64,000 bases of DNA from Pseudovirgaria hyperparasitica (Eukaryota), in assembly GCA_010093815.1 (NCBI GenBank), contig ML996568.1; one strand, written 5' to 3'. Of the stretch, positions 1 through 13,075 are shown piece by piece. Position 1 is the first letter of the stretch. Every line of letters begins with the position of its first letter. The position numbers and the translations under genes are program-made. The notes beneath the pieces were generated by a model. The model worked only from the letters and a program-made list of their open reading frames with translations. It was not told the DNA's origin and did no database searches.

Positions 1-1402
1 AAAAGAACAAGAGACCGACTCACACAGGGCAGACTGTAATACAGCGCTATACTCCCATTCAAGATGCTGTGTATTCCCTCGAATACTAGCATCCGCACGA
101 GAGTGTCCACACCGACTGGCAAACCCAGCCCGGCACATGACTACCAAGCAGACTGAGCAATACCTTGTACATGTATCACAACTCGATGAAGACTGATGAA
201 TTGTTTAGCTCGCTACCTCCCACTGAGTCCTGGATAACAAAGTTAAAGAGCGGAGTGGGTATATTCCGTGGCGGGACGAAAGAGACGGCATGGAAGGGGT
301 TGAGCATCACTCACTCGTCATGTCAAGCATGACGAGCTGCTGGGCACATTGATCTACAGTGTCTCAGTATCTGTGAGTAGATGTAGAAACTTGCGACCTC
401 TATGCGTGTCACTGTTTTTGAAACTCCTAGCATCCAAAAGCCTCGGTCGTCGAACTAGGTAAGTCCTCCAAGGGCATACATCTCAACATCATAGCGTAGC
501 ACGGTGGGACATGGACACGCTTCTTCCTAAGAGACCCCAGAGCGCCGACAGAACAGATACATCAAGACCACAACGACTGCCTCCTTCATCTGCGTACCGC
601 CCGCCACATCGCCGCACCCGCCATCCCATCCTACCTTCCGCCTCATATATCCACACTCCTCAAGTCAAAACGGTATCTAGCTAGGTACGTACAACAGAAC
701 CCAATCCACCTAAAAGCGCGTGCATAATGATGATTCATATATTATGTTGAGTTCCATGAGAGATATTTCTTCGTTCTGATAGTGCGGTTACTTATTAGGA
801 AGTGGATTGGATTTGTGTTGGGTTGCTTGCTAATGGTTTCTATAGTCCGTCGATCATGGGGAGGTGGAGTAGGGATTGGTGTGATGTGGTGTAGGGATGA
901 TGTACGGTGGATGGGATGCTAGGTTGGTGTTTTGAGAGAGCATGAAAGGAGGTTGGTTTGGTGTGATGCCGGGAGTGGATGCGCTTGGCTACGCACACCC
1001 TATCTTTACTATTTAAGGAACTGACTCTTGATATAGTATAATATATAAACGAAACAAAATCCTCTCCACGCCTCAAGATCCCATAAATTCAAGACTTCAC
1101 TAGTCTGATTCCTCCGCTCACACCCTCATCCTCATACCTCCCACATCACCACCACCAAACCCACAAGTCCAACACAGTCCACACACAACCCCCCAAGCAC
1201 TATCCAGCCACCACCTCCCTCTACAACTACATACAATATAACACGCTACACATCTCCTCACACCCCACGCCTCGTAAGACCATAAAAATCCCTCCGCTGA
1301 GCCTCCGTCACAGGCGGCGCATTAACACCCGGGAGACGCAGGGCCGAGAGACTAGATATAATGCTATGCACAGCACTACCACGAGCGCGAGTCTAGCAGT
1401 TG

Positions 1403-2437
1403 TCAAGAGGCGGCAGGCGAGAGGAGGGGCGCGTACCTACCTACCGGCTGATGAGCAGGATCGTGCGCGTGGTACCGACGTTTTCGTCTGCGTGGGTGGA
1501 CATGTATATTGTCATAGGATGCGTCGGCATGGCGCTCGGTGGATGCGGTGTATCGTGTCGGCGTGCTATCCTCATACACGAACCTAGTCCTGCCTCGCTC
1601 GTCGCGGTAACTGTGGCTTTGTGCATCTCGTCTGTGTCGTGCGCGGCCACGCTGTCTGTCGGACTCGGTACCACTCTCTGCGTATCCGTGCTCGTATCCT
1701 TCGTCCTTGCTCGCGCGGTCTTCATTTTCACCCGTCCCACTGCCCTGCTCACTGCCACCGCCCCTGCTCGCTCTCTCCTCCTTCTTCTGCGCATGCCGCA
1801 CCTTATCTACTTCCCATGCCACTGTCTCGCGCACAAACGCGCCTAGCCCCTTTCTTACGCTGAAGCGCGGCGGTGAAGGCCTCTTATACCGTCTGCTTCT
1901 GCGGCGGCGGCGGTGCTGTCGAGATTGTGTCACGAACCCATCGTCGTCGGCGGAGTGGGGTTGAATAGGGCCTGTGGCGCGGGGGTCGTCGGCGGCGAGG
2001 GCGCCGGACATGTGGTGTTCTGGCGGGGCGTTGTGCGGGTCGGGATATGGGCGACGAGAGCGGGAGCGTTGGCGAGGGGGTGATGGGGACTGGGAGGGCG
2101 GACGCGCATGCCGCGGCTGCTGGGGATGAGAATCGGGATGCGCCAGGGTGCGAGGATTGTGTGCGGCGCGTGGATCTGGAGAACGGTGTTTGGCGGGCTG
2201 CTGAGAATGGGCGGTGGATCTTGACTTCTCGGCCAGGACGTCTTCGCGGTGCTGGAGGAGCTCGTTTAGAATCGGGTGGGACGGGGTGTCTTCTGTGGTT
2301 GCGGTGAGGAGGGTTGCGATGTCGTAGTTGACTTTGTCGAGCAGTGGTTTGCCTTGGGGGGTTTTGCGCAGGAGCGTAGCGATACGGGCGATGATGTTGA
2401 ATGCTATGATGCGGTTTTCGCGCGCTTGGGCAGGCAT
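1403..2437 (-). CDS. Hypothetical protein (344 aa, low complexity, R/S/P-rich)
   Basis: Longest local ORF, starts with ATG. Plausible helical N-terminus followed by a disordered region. No family recognised. Confidence 0.45.
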   Translation of the reverse strand: MPAQARENRIIAFNIIARIATLLRKTPQGKPLLDKVNYDIATLLTATTEDTPSHPILNELLQHREDVLAEKSRSTAHSQQPAKHRSPDPRAAHNPRTLAHPDSHPQQPRHARPPSQSPSPPRQRSRSRRPYPDPHNAPPEHHMSGALAADDPRATGPIQPHSADDDGFVTQSRQHRRRRRSRRYKRPSPPRFSVRKGLGAFVRETVAWEVDKVRHAQKKEERASRGGGSEQGSGTGENEDRASKDEGYEHGYAESGTESDRQRGRARHRRDAQSHSYRDERGRTRFVYEDSTPTRYTASTERHADASYDNIHVHPRRRKRRYHAHDPAHQPVGRYAPLLSPAAS

Positions 2438-3946
2438 GGTGGAATACCCAAGTACAGGCTGGGCTGTAGACGGCGGTTAAGAAGGCTGAGGGTGATGATG
2501 GCAGTCATCATGGCGATGGACGTTGTTTGGCAAACAGTGAAGAAGGATATGGGGGATGAGTGTGATTCCACCAGCGCATGCGGAGTGCGACAATGTACAC
2601 ATGACGGTATGTGAGTATTCGTGATGAGTGTAGACTGCTGAGTGTAGGTATTTTGGTAGCCAAAGCAAGACCGCAGGCATGTGCGGTCGTATTGTGGTTT
2701 TTGAATGTGTTTCATGTTGGAGGCAGAAGCCACAAGACGTGTGAGTGGTCGTGTGACACACTCACACGACTTGAAGAGCAGTAGGTATGGACTTCAGGAA
2801 AAGACATGATGATGTTTGTGAATGATGGAGGACTTCAGGATGAATATGAACAGATATCAGAACTGGAATCTAAAAAGAAGGTTGTAGTTACCGTCACCGT
2901 CGCGCATTGTCCCAGTCCCTGTGCAGATCAGTCTTCCACATGCCGCAGCTGGTCAAACCTTCTTTACTTTTTCTACTGCCGGCCCGCTGACACGACCTTG
3001 TCCTCGGCCTCTGTTATCGTCTGTTGATTGTGATTGTAAGCTTATGCATGTTGCCAGGAGAGCAAAAGCCAAAGGTACATTCCATCAGATGGATGAATCT
3101 GATCCCGGGTATTACGGTGTTGCAGCCTCGCATATACGTCCTGGGACAAAGAACGGTAGGAGTATTTGTCAGAAGCCTTGTTTCTCATTCTTTTTTTCAT
3201 TTACCCCATTCCCTACTCTCTTTTCTATTTCCCATTCCATATTTCCTATTTCCATTTTCCCCTTTCACTCGTTCCCGGTTTCCCTTTTTCCCGCCCGTGC
3301 ACGATCCGCTGATACCGAATCGAGATGCCGAAAGTGGGGCGGCCAGGCACACGTGGCACGTGCGCTGATTGGTGTGTGGCTGGGATGTGGCTGCATGTGG
3401 CGTTTCTGCATCAACATCAACAACCAGCCTTGCTTCGATATTTCCGAACATGGTAAATGGGATGATCGAACAGATGAGAATAACACTAGTCGGACGATGA
3501 ATCTGGCAGATCATAAATGCTCGTTACCTCTTCTCCAAGCCTCGTTTTCACTGAATAAAGTATAACTGTCGTTTGCCCGTATCCCGCCCGTTAGTAGTCA
3601 CAACGCGGCATAGAACTCCAACTAGTAGCCTTTCCCCCCAACCTTCAAGCGCCTCGCACTAGGTATATATAGTGTGCGCCATCTTAGTATATACTTAGTA
3701 CCCCCTTTCGGAACTACAGCGCCCTGACCTTATTATCACCACTTTTTCTACTCCAGTTCCAATTTCTATCCCCCTCATCCGTCTCCTTGCAAGTTACCTC
3801 GCCTAGCTGTGCGCTTAGAATACAAGACGGCCGCCCATCTATTCTACCACGTCTTCTCCTGACACTCAAACCGTGTCTGCAAACCTCTCGCAGTCCTCGA
3901 CCATCTACCTTTGCTGACCGCGCCTTGCTGCGCCTGAGTCAGAAAC

Positions 3947-5232
3947 ATGCCCTGTTCCAATCTGCCAGGAATGCCACTGAGGGCAAGTCAAACACTCTCC
4001 CGTCTTCCGACCACAACTAATCTTCGCCTCCATCACAGCCTCCTCTCCCACGCTCCGCATCCGGTCCCGCAGACACCCGTCCAAGACCCAATATCAACGC
4101 CCCAGTCGACCCCAACGACCTCGCCCGCCGCCTCGAAGTCGCACGCCTCGAGGCCGTCGCCACAGAGCTCCGACACCGCCAAACCCGCTCCTCCGACGCC
4201 ACCTCCAAACAACAACCCACAGGCGTCCACTTCAAAGTCACCTCGCAAGACGTCAAACACCACGTCCTCCTCCACGCCCTCCCGGACCCCATAGCCCACA
4301 CCCGCCGTCCACGCCACACATCCAAACCACCACCCCTCCCCCTACCCACCACCAACCCAGAAGCCCTCATCCAAGACCTCGCCGCCTTCCAACGCAAAGA
4401 CATCCCCAGCCCGCAAATCACCCCAATGACAACCTCCTTCCCCCACCTCCACCCCCAAACCCAAACCCGCCCCCGCTCAAAATCAAAACCAAAGCCCAAA
4501 CCAACCTTCCTCTCCCCCTATCCCACCACAGCCACGGCAACAACACCATCAACCCTCCCCACACCCCCCCTCTCCCCCCAACCCGCAACCCTCTCAATGT
4601 TCCCCACCGCCCTCCGCGCCAGCCCCTTCTCCTCCTCCATCCGCCGCCCCCGCTCCGCCCCCCTCGAAAGCATCCCCATCTCAGACTTCTCCCGCTTCCA
4701 CCTCCTCCTCCACCCCCTCCTCCCCGCCGCCCCCGACCCCACCGCCTCGTCCCCCGTCATCCCACGCGGCTCGCTCGATCTCGGCCGTCCCTCGTCATCC
4801 GCATCCGTATCCTCATCACTAACGACGAAAACACACCTCGGACTACCGCGGATGCGCACGCGAACACGGGCTTTCTCGTCGCTTTCGGGGCGCGCGAGGC
4901 CGGGCACGGCGCCACATGCGGAGCGTCGGGATGGGGAGGGGAAGAGGGGGGAGAAGGAGGATATGACGCCTGAGTGTCGGGCGTTGCTGGCGGAGCAGGA
5001 GCGGTGTTTGGCGGATTTGCGGCGGCTGCGGCGGGGGGCGGGGGCGAAGCGGGGGAAGGAAGTGGGGGTTGAAGGCGGGGAGGGAAGAGATGTAGAGGGA
5101 GAAAAGGGGTTGGGGAAGAAGGAGGGGAAGGAGGGGGAGATGCCGTGGTTGGAGAAGCAGCCGGGGCGGCGGTCGGGGTGGGGATGGCGGAGGTGGAAGT
5201 GTTTGCTGTTTTCGGGGGCACGGACGAGGTAG
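3947..5232 (+). CDS. Hypothetical P/S-rich protein, 2 exons (GC-AG intron 3983-4038)
   Basis: ATG at 3947, GCAAGT donor at 3983, CTAAT branch, CACAG acceptor at 4038. Splicing joins exon 1 in frame to the open frame that includes ORF 4426-5232. Confidence 0.6.
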
Positions 5233-5458
5233 GTGGGGATGGAAGGGGGTGATGGAAGGAGGAGGGGAGGCGATTGTATGTGTGTGTTTGTGTGGTGTTG
5301 GGGTGCTGGATAGCATTTGATGTCCGTGGTGTTTGAAACAAAAGTAGCGATACCCCCTGACCTCAAAAGGGACAAAGGCGATTTACATAGACTCGTACAT
5401 GTTGTACCATATATGTATACATACGTCTATTACCAGCGGGTCTATCGACTCGCCTCGA

Positions 5459-8400
5459 CTACTTTACAACTATTCCCTTCTTTCTCCTCCCCTTCCTCAC
5501 ACTCGCCCTCTTCCTACCCCCTTTACTCTCCGTATCGTCACCACCATCGTCATCGTCGTCAATCTCATTAAACGCCTTCCAGTTCTCCCTCCCGAAGATC
5601 TTCTGCGGCACAGCTAGTCTGGCCATCGCACGCAGCGGCTCATGCTCGCGCTCCCCCACGGGAATGATCTTCGCGTTCAGCAGAACATCCCTGATGCGCT
5701 CGTTCCGCGCCATGCCCTCGCCCAGCTCCTTGCGCGTCATCTTCATGCTCATCTCGAACAGCTCCTCCTCCACGGTGCCCTTAAGTATCAGCGTCTCGAC
5801 GAGCACGCGTCTGGTCTGCCCGATGCGATGCGCACGCTTGATAACCTGGGCCTCGAGCGCTGGCTGGCAGATGGGATTCACAATCAGCACCACGCTTGCG
5901 GCGTTCAGATCTAGGCCCTCACCGCCAAGCTTGACGTCGATCAGCAGCACTCTCACGAGCGGGTTTTCCTGGAAGTCGGTCTTGTTCTTGGCGCGTGTGC
6001 GAGTCGGCATGCGGTATGCGAAATGGCGGGAGCCGATGTGTAGGAGGTCGAGGAGGGATTGGATGTAGCGCGCGGTGGTGATGCAGTCGAAGAAGACGAG
6101 GACTTTTTCGTGCGGCGTGTAGCGGGTGAAGGCGTCGATAAGATAGCTTGCTTTGGCGGAGGTTGTGCCGAGGAGAGTGGAGGAGTGGAGTTGTGTCAGA
6201 TTCTTCTGTGTGCCGGAGTCAGTCGATGGACCTGTTGATGAGGATGTGGCTATCGATGGCTTGAGAATGCTGGGCTTTTGAGGTTGGCTCTTTGATGAAG
6301 AGGACTGTGGCGTAGCGTGGCTGTTTGATGAGTGGCCTAAGGATTCCGTTGTGATTCGCATCGGGAGGTCGCTGGCAGAGCCTGCGCTTTTCCGTGGTTT
6401 CGTTGGTGATTGCGATGGCAGTTCGTCAGTGGTGAAGCCGACACACTTTCTAGCGGCGGATAATGAGGCAGATGTGGATGTGTTTGATTCCGCATCCTCA
6501 AACTCAGGGCTGGCGACCGCGACATGGCCAGGCGTGAGGTTGAATTTGGGCCGCTTTGACGGTGATGTAACTTCTTCAAACTCATCCATCGCTTTGCGCT
6601 TGAGTAGATTGGGTGACTTTTTTCCGGCCTTGTTTGGGCTTCGATTCGATAAGATGCTCCTTCGCGCTCCCCCGTCCCCGTTGCTAGTGAGAATGGAAGA
6701 CGGAACGCCCGAGTTGAGGATCTTCCCTGCCGACTGCGACGTTTTTGCGTCTTTTGGATCCCTTTTGTGCTCCGTTTCCGCCTTCCGATCCTTGAACCTG
6801 CGTTTCATATCAATGCCAATCGCATTGAAACGCTCAAGCGGATCCTCATGTGCAGATTCAGCGCTGTTCACATGAATTTGTGCCTGGTACAGCGACTCAA
6901 GTCCGATCGGAGCGGGCTGATCTTTGTGATTCAGAGCCCATATGTCTAAGTAATCTTCGGGCCATGGGTCTACATATATTCCAAGCTCATGCGAGAAGCC
7001 CATCGCTTCCCATGTACTGATCCCAGGCAGTCTTTTGATTGTGTCCATGCTTTCCAACAATGCCTTGCGATCCTCTGCTGTGCATTTGGCTTCTGCTTTA
7101 TCAAGATAGGTACTGCAAACATCAAGGGACGATGCAACGTCATCGGGGCTGAACCCGGTCCAGAAGAAGTTGGCCTGCCGAAGATTTCGAATCAATTCAT
7201 GTCGTGGCTTTTCGTTGTCCTTGTGGAAGAGATAGTCACGATCGGCCCGTTCACTGGTGATGGCGTTTCCGCGCATGACTTGTACAAACATGTTGGTCGT
7301 CATCTTGTCGTAGAATGAGGGTTCTAGCCGAACCACTCGGTGGTTTAGTGGAGGCAGCTGGAGGTCTTTCTCTACATCTTCTGGGCGAGTCTTGATGATC
7401 AGCCTCTCCAGTGTCCTGGATAGACAACTTGAGTAGCCCGATAGTCTCGCGTCCTTTCCTGTCCCTCTATAAATATAGTCATTCCAATTGGCCGCGTTGT
7501 CGCCCTTCAAAGCCCCGGTAAATGGCTGTACTTTGAGAAACCGTGAGGCAAGCAGTCCAAGAGCTTGAGCGCCGTGCGTCTCATCAGGCGTGCTAAGAAA
7601 TCCTTTCCTTGCCTCTCGAACAGCTTTCCAGCGCTCAGAGGCGGTGGCATGGTCGCTGAAGTCCAAGTTCTCATGGTAGTGGTCGTCAATCTCCACGCCG
7701 ACTAATCCTTTGGCCGGAGTCCCGGACACGACCCACCGTCGCTCTGCCTGCAGTTGATTCGCCACCCGGACGGCCGCAGACGTAGGCGAGGCGAAGCCAT
7801 GTCCTTCGTCAACGACTATGCGGAGCCAATGAACTTCTTTGAGAGGAGATTTATAGATTTCCTCAGGCGTAAGACAGGTACAATCTCTGAGACGAGATGC
7901 TCCTATGTACGGACACCTGTGTGAGCGGCTGTCAGATCCTGATATCCATGCTAGGAGCAGAAATTCAACTCACTGGCAAGAAGTTTGTGGTCCCTGGCCC
8001 AATGATCGACCTTGGACATCTTGACCATCCAAGATCTCCAATTCAAACCTCGATTTTGTGAACAAAATAGTGTCATAGGTAACCAGTTCTGAGGCGCATG
8101 GTAATTTTTGGGTCCTTTCACCAATGTACAAGACGGAGAGGACTCCAGGTTCTACGTGACTGTGGATCTGACTGATCCATTGATCAAACAAATGATCCGG
8201 TACAACAAGCAGCGTGCAATGTGAGAGCGTGAGATGGCGTATAGGTAGCTTTGAGGGATTTCGATTGAACCGTATCGGGTCCGGTGGTATATTATAGGCT
8301 GGCACATAACTCTGGAGCAGCTCCACAAGATGAGGAGGGACTTTCGATCTTCTCCACGGAAGTGCGTGGCGAGCTATATTGGCTGCTGTCATAGAGAGCA

Positions 8401-9447
8401 GAGATGCGGTATGTTCTCTCTTTGGCATGATGGGAGGATACTCAACAGGGAAACGGGGCATGTGATGCTTCGTGGCTACTATAACCGCGAGGCAAATCAA
8501 CGTCTTGCCGTAACCCTTGGAGACATTAGTATTAGGCGAAAAGATAGCGAAGGCATGCCAGCTCACCATAGACTCGGCCAATATGCCGCCCCTAGTCGTC
8601 TCGTACTGTTGCGGCTCGCGGAGAAAGACGGCGTCTTTGGGAGAGAAATAGTATCTTCGACCATCCTGATCGGTCCGTTCTTCGAACCGGGGATCAAGAT
8701 AACTTTCGGGCGCGGTCTCCCGTTCAACCTTGTTTAGTGTTAGTACATACAAGACACCCCAAAGATTTGTGGGAAGATATCTACCATTGCTGCTGCGGTT
8801 CGAGCCTGAAACGGATAAAGCTGAGTCTTGATGCCATCCAAGGGTCCATATAACAAGTCCTGCATTGATTCTGAGTCGTGAGACGCGATTGGTCTGTCTA
8901 CATCCGGCGCTGGTGAAGGCACGGTGTTGAAGATGTACCACAGTGAACGGTCACCGCCGTTAGCAGCACGCGGCCGAGGGTCCAACCGCTCTCCAAAACG
9001 GCCATCATCTTCCGTTTGGAGGCGAGAAAGGAGTTTCTTCAACTGCCTTCGAAGCTTAGAGCTACTTCTGTCTACTGTCGCTCGACTTACGTCCTCTGAA
9101 AGGAGATAAATTCTGATTGCAGAGGTCGTTTGATCAACGTTCGTCCGCAAGAATAAGCGGAGCCATCCTGTGCTAACAAGAGGGAGTAATAAGACGCCCA
9201 GGGAGTTGGAAGCATCTAGATCGGAGGTTGCGACCGCATCCAGTTCAGACCAGCTTGTGGAGTCATACGATTGAGCATCCTTCCATGATTCGCATTTGAT
9301 GACAAGTGTGCCGATGGCTATATATTTGTCAAGATCGAATTGTTGGAGAATGCTAGACAGAGTGAACTCTTCAGTTGTATTCGATGTAGCGATAGAGGGG
9401 GTTGTAGCTGTAGAATGATATATAGATGGCGAAGGAGACGCTTCCAT
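5459..9447 (-). CDS. SNF2-family helicase/ATPase (Rad5/Rad16-like), introns ~8729-8784, 8516-8566, 7917-7973
   Basis: After splicing: GGILAESM-GYGKT (Walker A), LLVVPDHL, WLRIVVDEGH (Walker B), RWVVSGTP, and helicase C-terminal motifs GGEGLDL and QVIKRAHRIGQ. Confidence 0.9.
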
Positions 9448-10464
9448 GTTGAGTCACTCGAGTGGCGATTTACGCCTTAGGCGACAGGCATCACCTCACC
9501 GGTCCGAAATACCTCGATATACATGGACAGATCCTAGTGAGTAATACGTGTTGATGAAAGAATCCAAACTTGAGATGTCAGGGCAACAGATAACCTAAAG
9601 TGTAACAACATCTAGCAAAGCCACAGCCTGCAGGCGTCAACTTACGGACACTCAGATCGCGTGTCCGCAGATGATGCGCTACGCCGTATTCGTGCATGTC
9701 ACGTGTTGGTCGATTTCAAAACGTTCTCGCCGTCGGGACATCTGTGAGAGAAGTTGTTGATCTGACAACACTCAAGTATTGATGAACTTGGATTGTTCAT
9801 ATAGTTGTTCATCGGTCTCCCCGGCGGAGCGTGTTGGGAAGAAGTTGCTGGCCGTCAAGAGTTTGGCCGTGGACCGAGGGGACGACGCTAAGAGTGAGGA
9901 ACTTGAACGACGATAATCCATCCGCTTGTGGACTCGATCACTGTTCCATCGTGACAATGAATGGAGCTGCTCGGCTTCGTAAATGGAAGCAGTATATGAG
10001 CAGTCTATGCCATCCGCGCTCTAGAGCTACGCAAACCAATCTGGTCGTGCACCGTGCATGGTACTCGTCTCGAATCCCAGACAAATGGCTCTGTCGAGCA
10101 ACCAGCAAAGCCATTACAAGGCATGCAGCAACTCGGCGATATGACCCGTCAGAGCGTGAGGACGGGCAAGTTGTTCCGTCTGAACAGGGGGAACAGAGCT
10201 CATGGATCAAATCCTTGTAGGCCGTTAAGTTGCATCCTGGCCCTGTCTTGCGTCAGTCGACAGACTCCTGTGGCTTGACCAAGCACACCCATTCCAAAAG
10301 CTGTGTAAGATGTAATCTCCAAGCAGGTTCTTGTAACCTTGCACAGCCTTTTTCTTTCCAATTACTCTGATTCTTGTCCTTCCCTCTGCGTCACTTAACT
10401 TCTCCCTGCTCCGAAGCCCCCATAATACCCTGTCACGTAATTGTTTCACCCATTCCCATATACG

Positions 10465-11250
10465 ATGGCGGATACAACCACCGAAGAATCCAGTCTCAAC
10501 GCCGGCGCAGAAGCTCAAGGCCAGGCTCAAGCACAAGGTGGCATTGGACTGAACAGCTCTAGCAAGAAGACAACTGAGAAGAAGACACCAAAGAAGCTTG
10601 GAAAGAAAGCTCCCGAGCCTCAACAGCAACCTACGCCTGGACCTGAAACCGACGACGGCACTGAAGGAGAAGTCAGTGTCGAACAAGAAAAACCAAAATC
10701 AAACATGTCGGAGAAGGAGCAGTCAGTAGCTCCTAGTCAAAGTCGTCGTCGCCAGTCGCGCGGCCGTGGTCGACGAAATGCCCCAGAGAGTGATGCTGAG
10801 TCGGTCGCTCGCTCTGATGTCTCTTCTGGCGGTGGAGGCCGTCGCAACCGACAACGCCAGCGCCAACAACGGCAAGGAGGCCAGCAGACACAGACACAGG
10901 AGAAGCAGGGCGGCGGCCCCTTGGATGGCATCACTGAAGACCTCCCCGGCGGCGAACTTGTGAATGGCGCCGGCGATATGGTACAAGACACAGCTGGCAA
11001 AGCTGTTGGCCAAGTCGGCGATACTGCAGGCAAAGCCCTCGGTGGACTTACTGGTGGTGGCAAGCAATCAAAGGGAAAGGAAGACGGGGATGAGGGTGGT
11101 GGTGAGCAGCTTCGTCTGCGTCTCGAGCTCAATCTCGATATCGAGATCCAATTGAAAGCGAAAATCCATGGCGACCTGACATTAGGACTGCTGTAAGTGC
11201 CCGAGGCATTCCATTATCCCAACCTTACTGATGATATGACTAGGAACTGA
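10465..11250 (+). CDS. Hydrophilic LEA-like protein with conserved C-terminal LRLELNLDIEIQLKAKIHGDLTLGLL motif (terminal intron 11193-11243)
   Basis: Hydrophilic ORF with 11-mer-like repeats (VQDTAGKAVGQ/VGDTAGKALGG). GTAAGT...CTGAT...TAG intron before GAACTGA. Confidence 0.75.
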
Positions 11251-12535
11251 GAGTTATCGCATCGATCTACCTTATGGAGCTCTTAAGCACTATCGCATTG
11301 CTCAATTGTTAGATTCAGTGAAGGGGTTCTTGAAAGACATAATCATATCTAGCTTTGGCCATATAGGCATAGTTGAACAGAATACCATCTCTTCACACAC
11401 CTTCTCTCCATGACCTTTGTTAATGATGCTATTGTACTAAGCCAGAATATAGTCCCCGTGTTGTGACCAATTGGATCTGTTTGCCCCATTCCCGCTGTCT
11501 CTTTCCACGCGCTCGCAACGTCGTTGTCGATACTCGTCTTCCCCCTCAATCTAAGCCTAGCCCCAATGAACGTCTAACCTATACTTCTACATTCACGCAA
11601 AAGCGCGCATCAACTTGGCGAGTTTGTTCTCACTTTCACGAGCCACAGCACCCCACAAGCATTGACTGATCACACGTCATCGGTGGGGCCGCGTCAACGA
11701 GGGAGCTGTAAGGACAGGGATATAAGCAAGCTCTGAGAGCGCCACAATAACCGCAAATGTTGTGCACGGTCTAGTTGTGGCGCGGGCATCAGCGATTACA
11801 CTGCTTTTACCTTCATCTTAATCCCTCGCAATAGGTCTGTCGACGACTCATACACTCGATCATCGGAAACGCCAGAACTGGGACGCGCGTGGATGTGCAC
11901 TCACAGGGCAGGTGGCCACATCAAAGGCGGATACCTCGCTGTTACTCTCGACTACTGAGTAGTCTCTTGCCGCAGCGCAAGGATGTAGTATCCTGGCAGA
12001 TGTGGACCGATGATGGAACAATAATGGCTCCTAAGCGGGATGATATGCCGCATGCGTCCATGCCCGCAGCACAACCAGGATGCGCGGAAGAGCTGGGAAG
12101 CTGCCATGATTTATGTGCTTCATGGCGTAAGCAGACGTCAATCTGTGGTATCGTCTCGGTGCGGTGCCGTCGGCGGGTGTCACGACCCCCTGCTGGGACC
12201 GGGTGTGGGTTGGAGAGGTGATTCCTTGGTTTAGTGGAGGCTGTAGGTGTTTGGATCTGACTGAGCTTGGAGTACGTTTTGGCCTCACAGCGTTTCTTGC
12301 GTTGGTACTGCTCTGCATCAAGCTTCGTTGGAGTCTCATCGTACTGCTGTTGCCATCTACTCCTTTTTTCTCTCGTACCGTACTGGTACCACTACAGGGA
12401 GCGGCACCACGAATCGTCATATCTATTCTTGCTCTGTTCGAACAGTCCTCGTTATCCTGGTCGCTATCTAGACGAGCATTCTCTTACTGTCTCCCACTCC
12501 TCTACGCTGTGATATAGCATAGAGCATTGTCAATC

Positions 12536-13075
12536 ATGGCAGACAAGGAGAACAACGACCCTCGAGACTCGGGCAACGAAACCGGAGAAGAATCCAGCCA
12601 CTCAGAATACCAACACCGCACCGTTCAACGACAGAAAAAGCAAGAAGAAGCAGTGAAGAAAGAGCAACGAGACGCCGGCCAAGAAACAAACCGCACTCGA
12701 TCAGCGTCCCGGAGAGCGCGACGCAAGCGGATCCAGAAGGGCATAGACGAAGGCAAATACATGAAGACCAGCAGTCTGGAAGCCCTCGAGGAAGCCGACG
12801 CCAACGGCGAACTGAGCACGATGCAGGCCTTTGAGCGCATAGGGCCCGATAGCACAAGTATGGATGGTCCGGTAACGAAAGCGAGGGCGTTGAGAGGAGA
12901 AATACCCATGCGTGGTACAAACCCCGATCAGCCTTACAGAATGGATCCGCAAGAGGCTAAGAAGGGAGGACTTGACGAGCAAGATGGACTGAAGCTGAAG
13001 CTGGAGGCTAATCTGGAAATCGAAATCGAGCTCAAAGCCAGCATTCGTGGCGATTTAACTCTTTCTCTGTTGTAA
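12536..13075 (+). CDS. Hydrophilic paralog with C-terminal LKLEANLEIEIELKASIRGDLTLSLL motif (probable terminal intron from 13072; last exon not located)
   Basis: ATG at 12536. Same C-terminal motif and same-phase GTAAGT donor as the 10465 gene. Confidence 0.72.
   Translation: MADKENNDPRDSGNETGEESSHSEYQHRTVQRQKKQEEAVKKEQRDAGQETNRTRSASRRARRKRIQKGIDEGKYMKTSSLEALEEADANGELSTMQAFERIGPDSTSMDGPVTKARALRGEIPMRGTNPDQPYRMDPQEAKKGGLDEQDGLKLKLEANLEIEIELKASIRGDLTLSLL

Noticed and set aside
1..240. Minus-strand donor-like sites suggesting exons of a gene leaving the window
   Set aside because: No recognisable peptide and too little sequence.
4518..5375. Long antisense ORFs here, and similar ones over ptaB, HMG and DPH1
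   Set aside because: Shadows of real genes in skewed, stop-poor low-complexity DNA.
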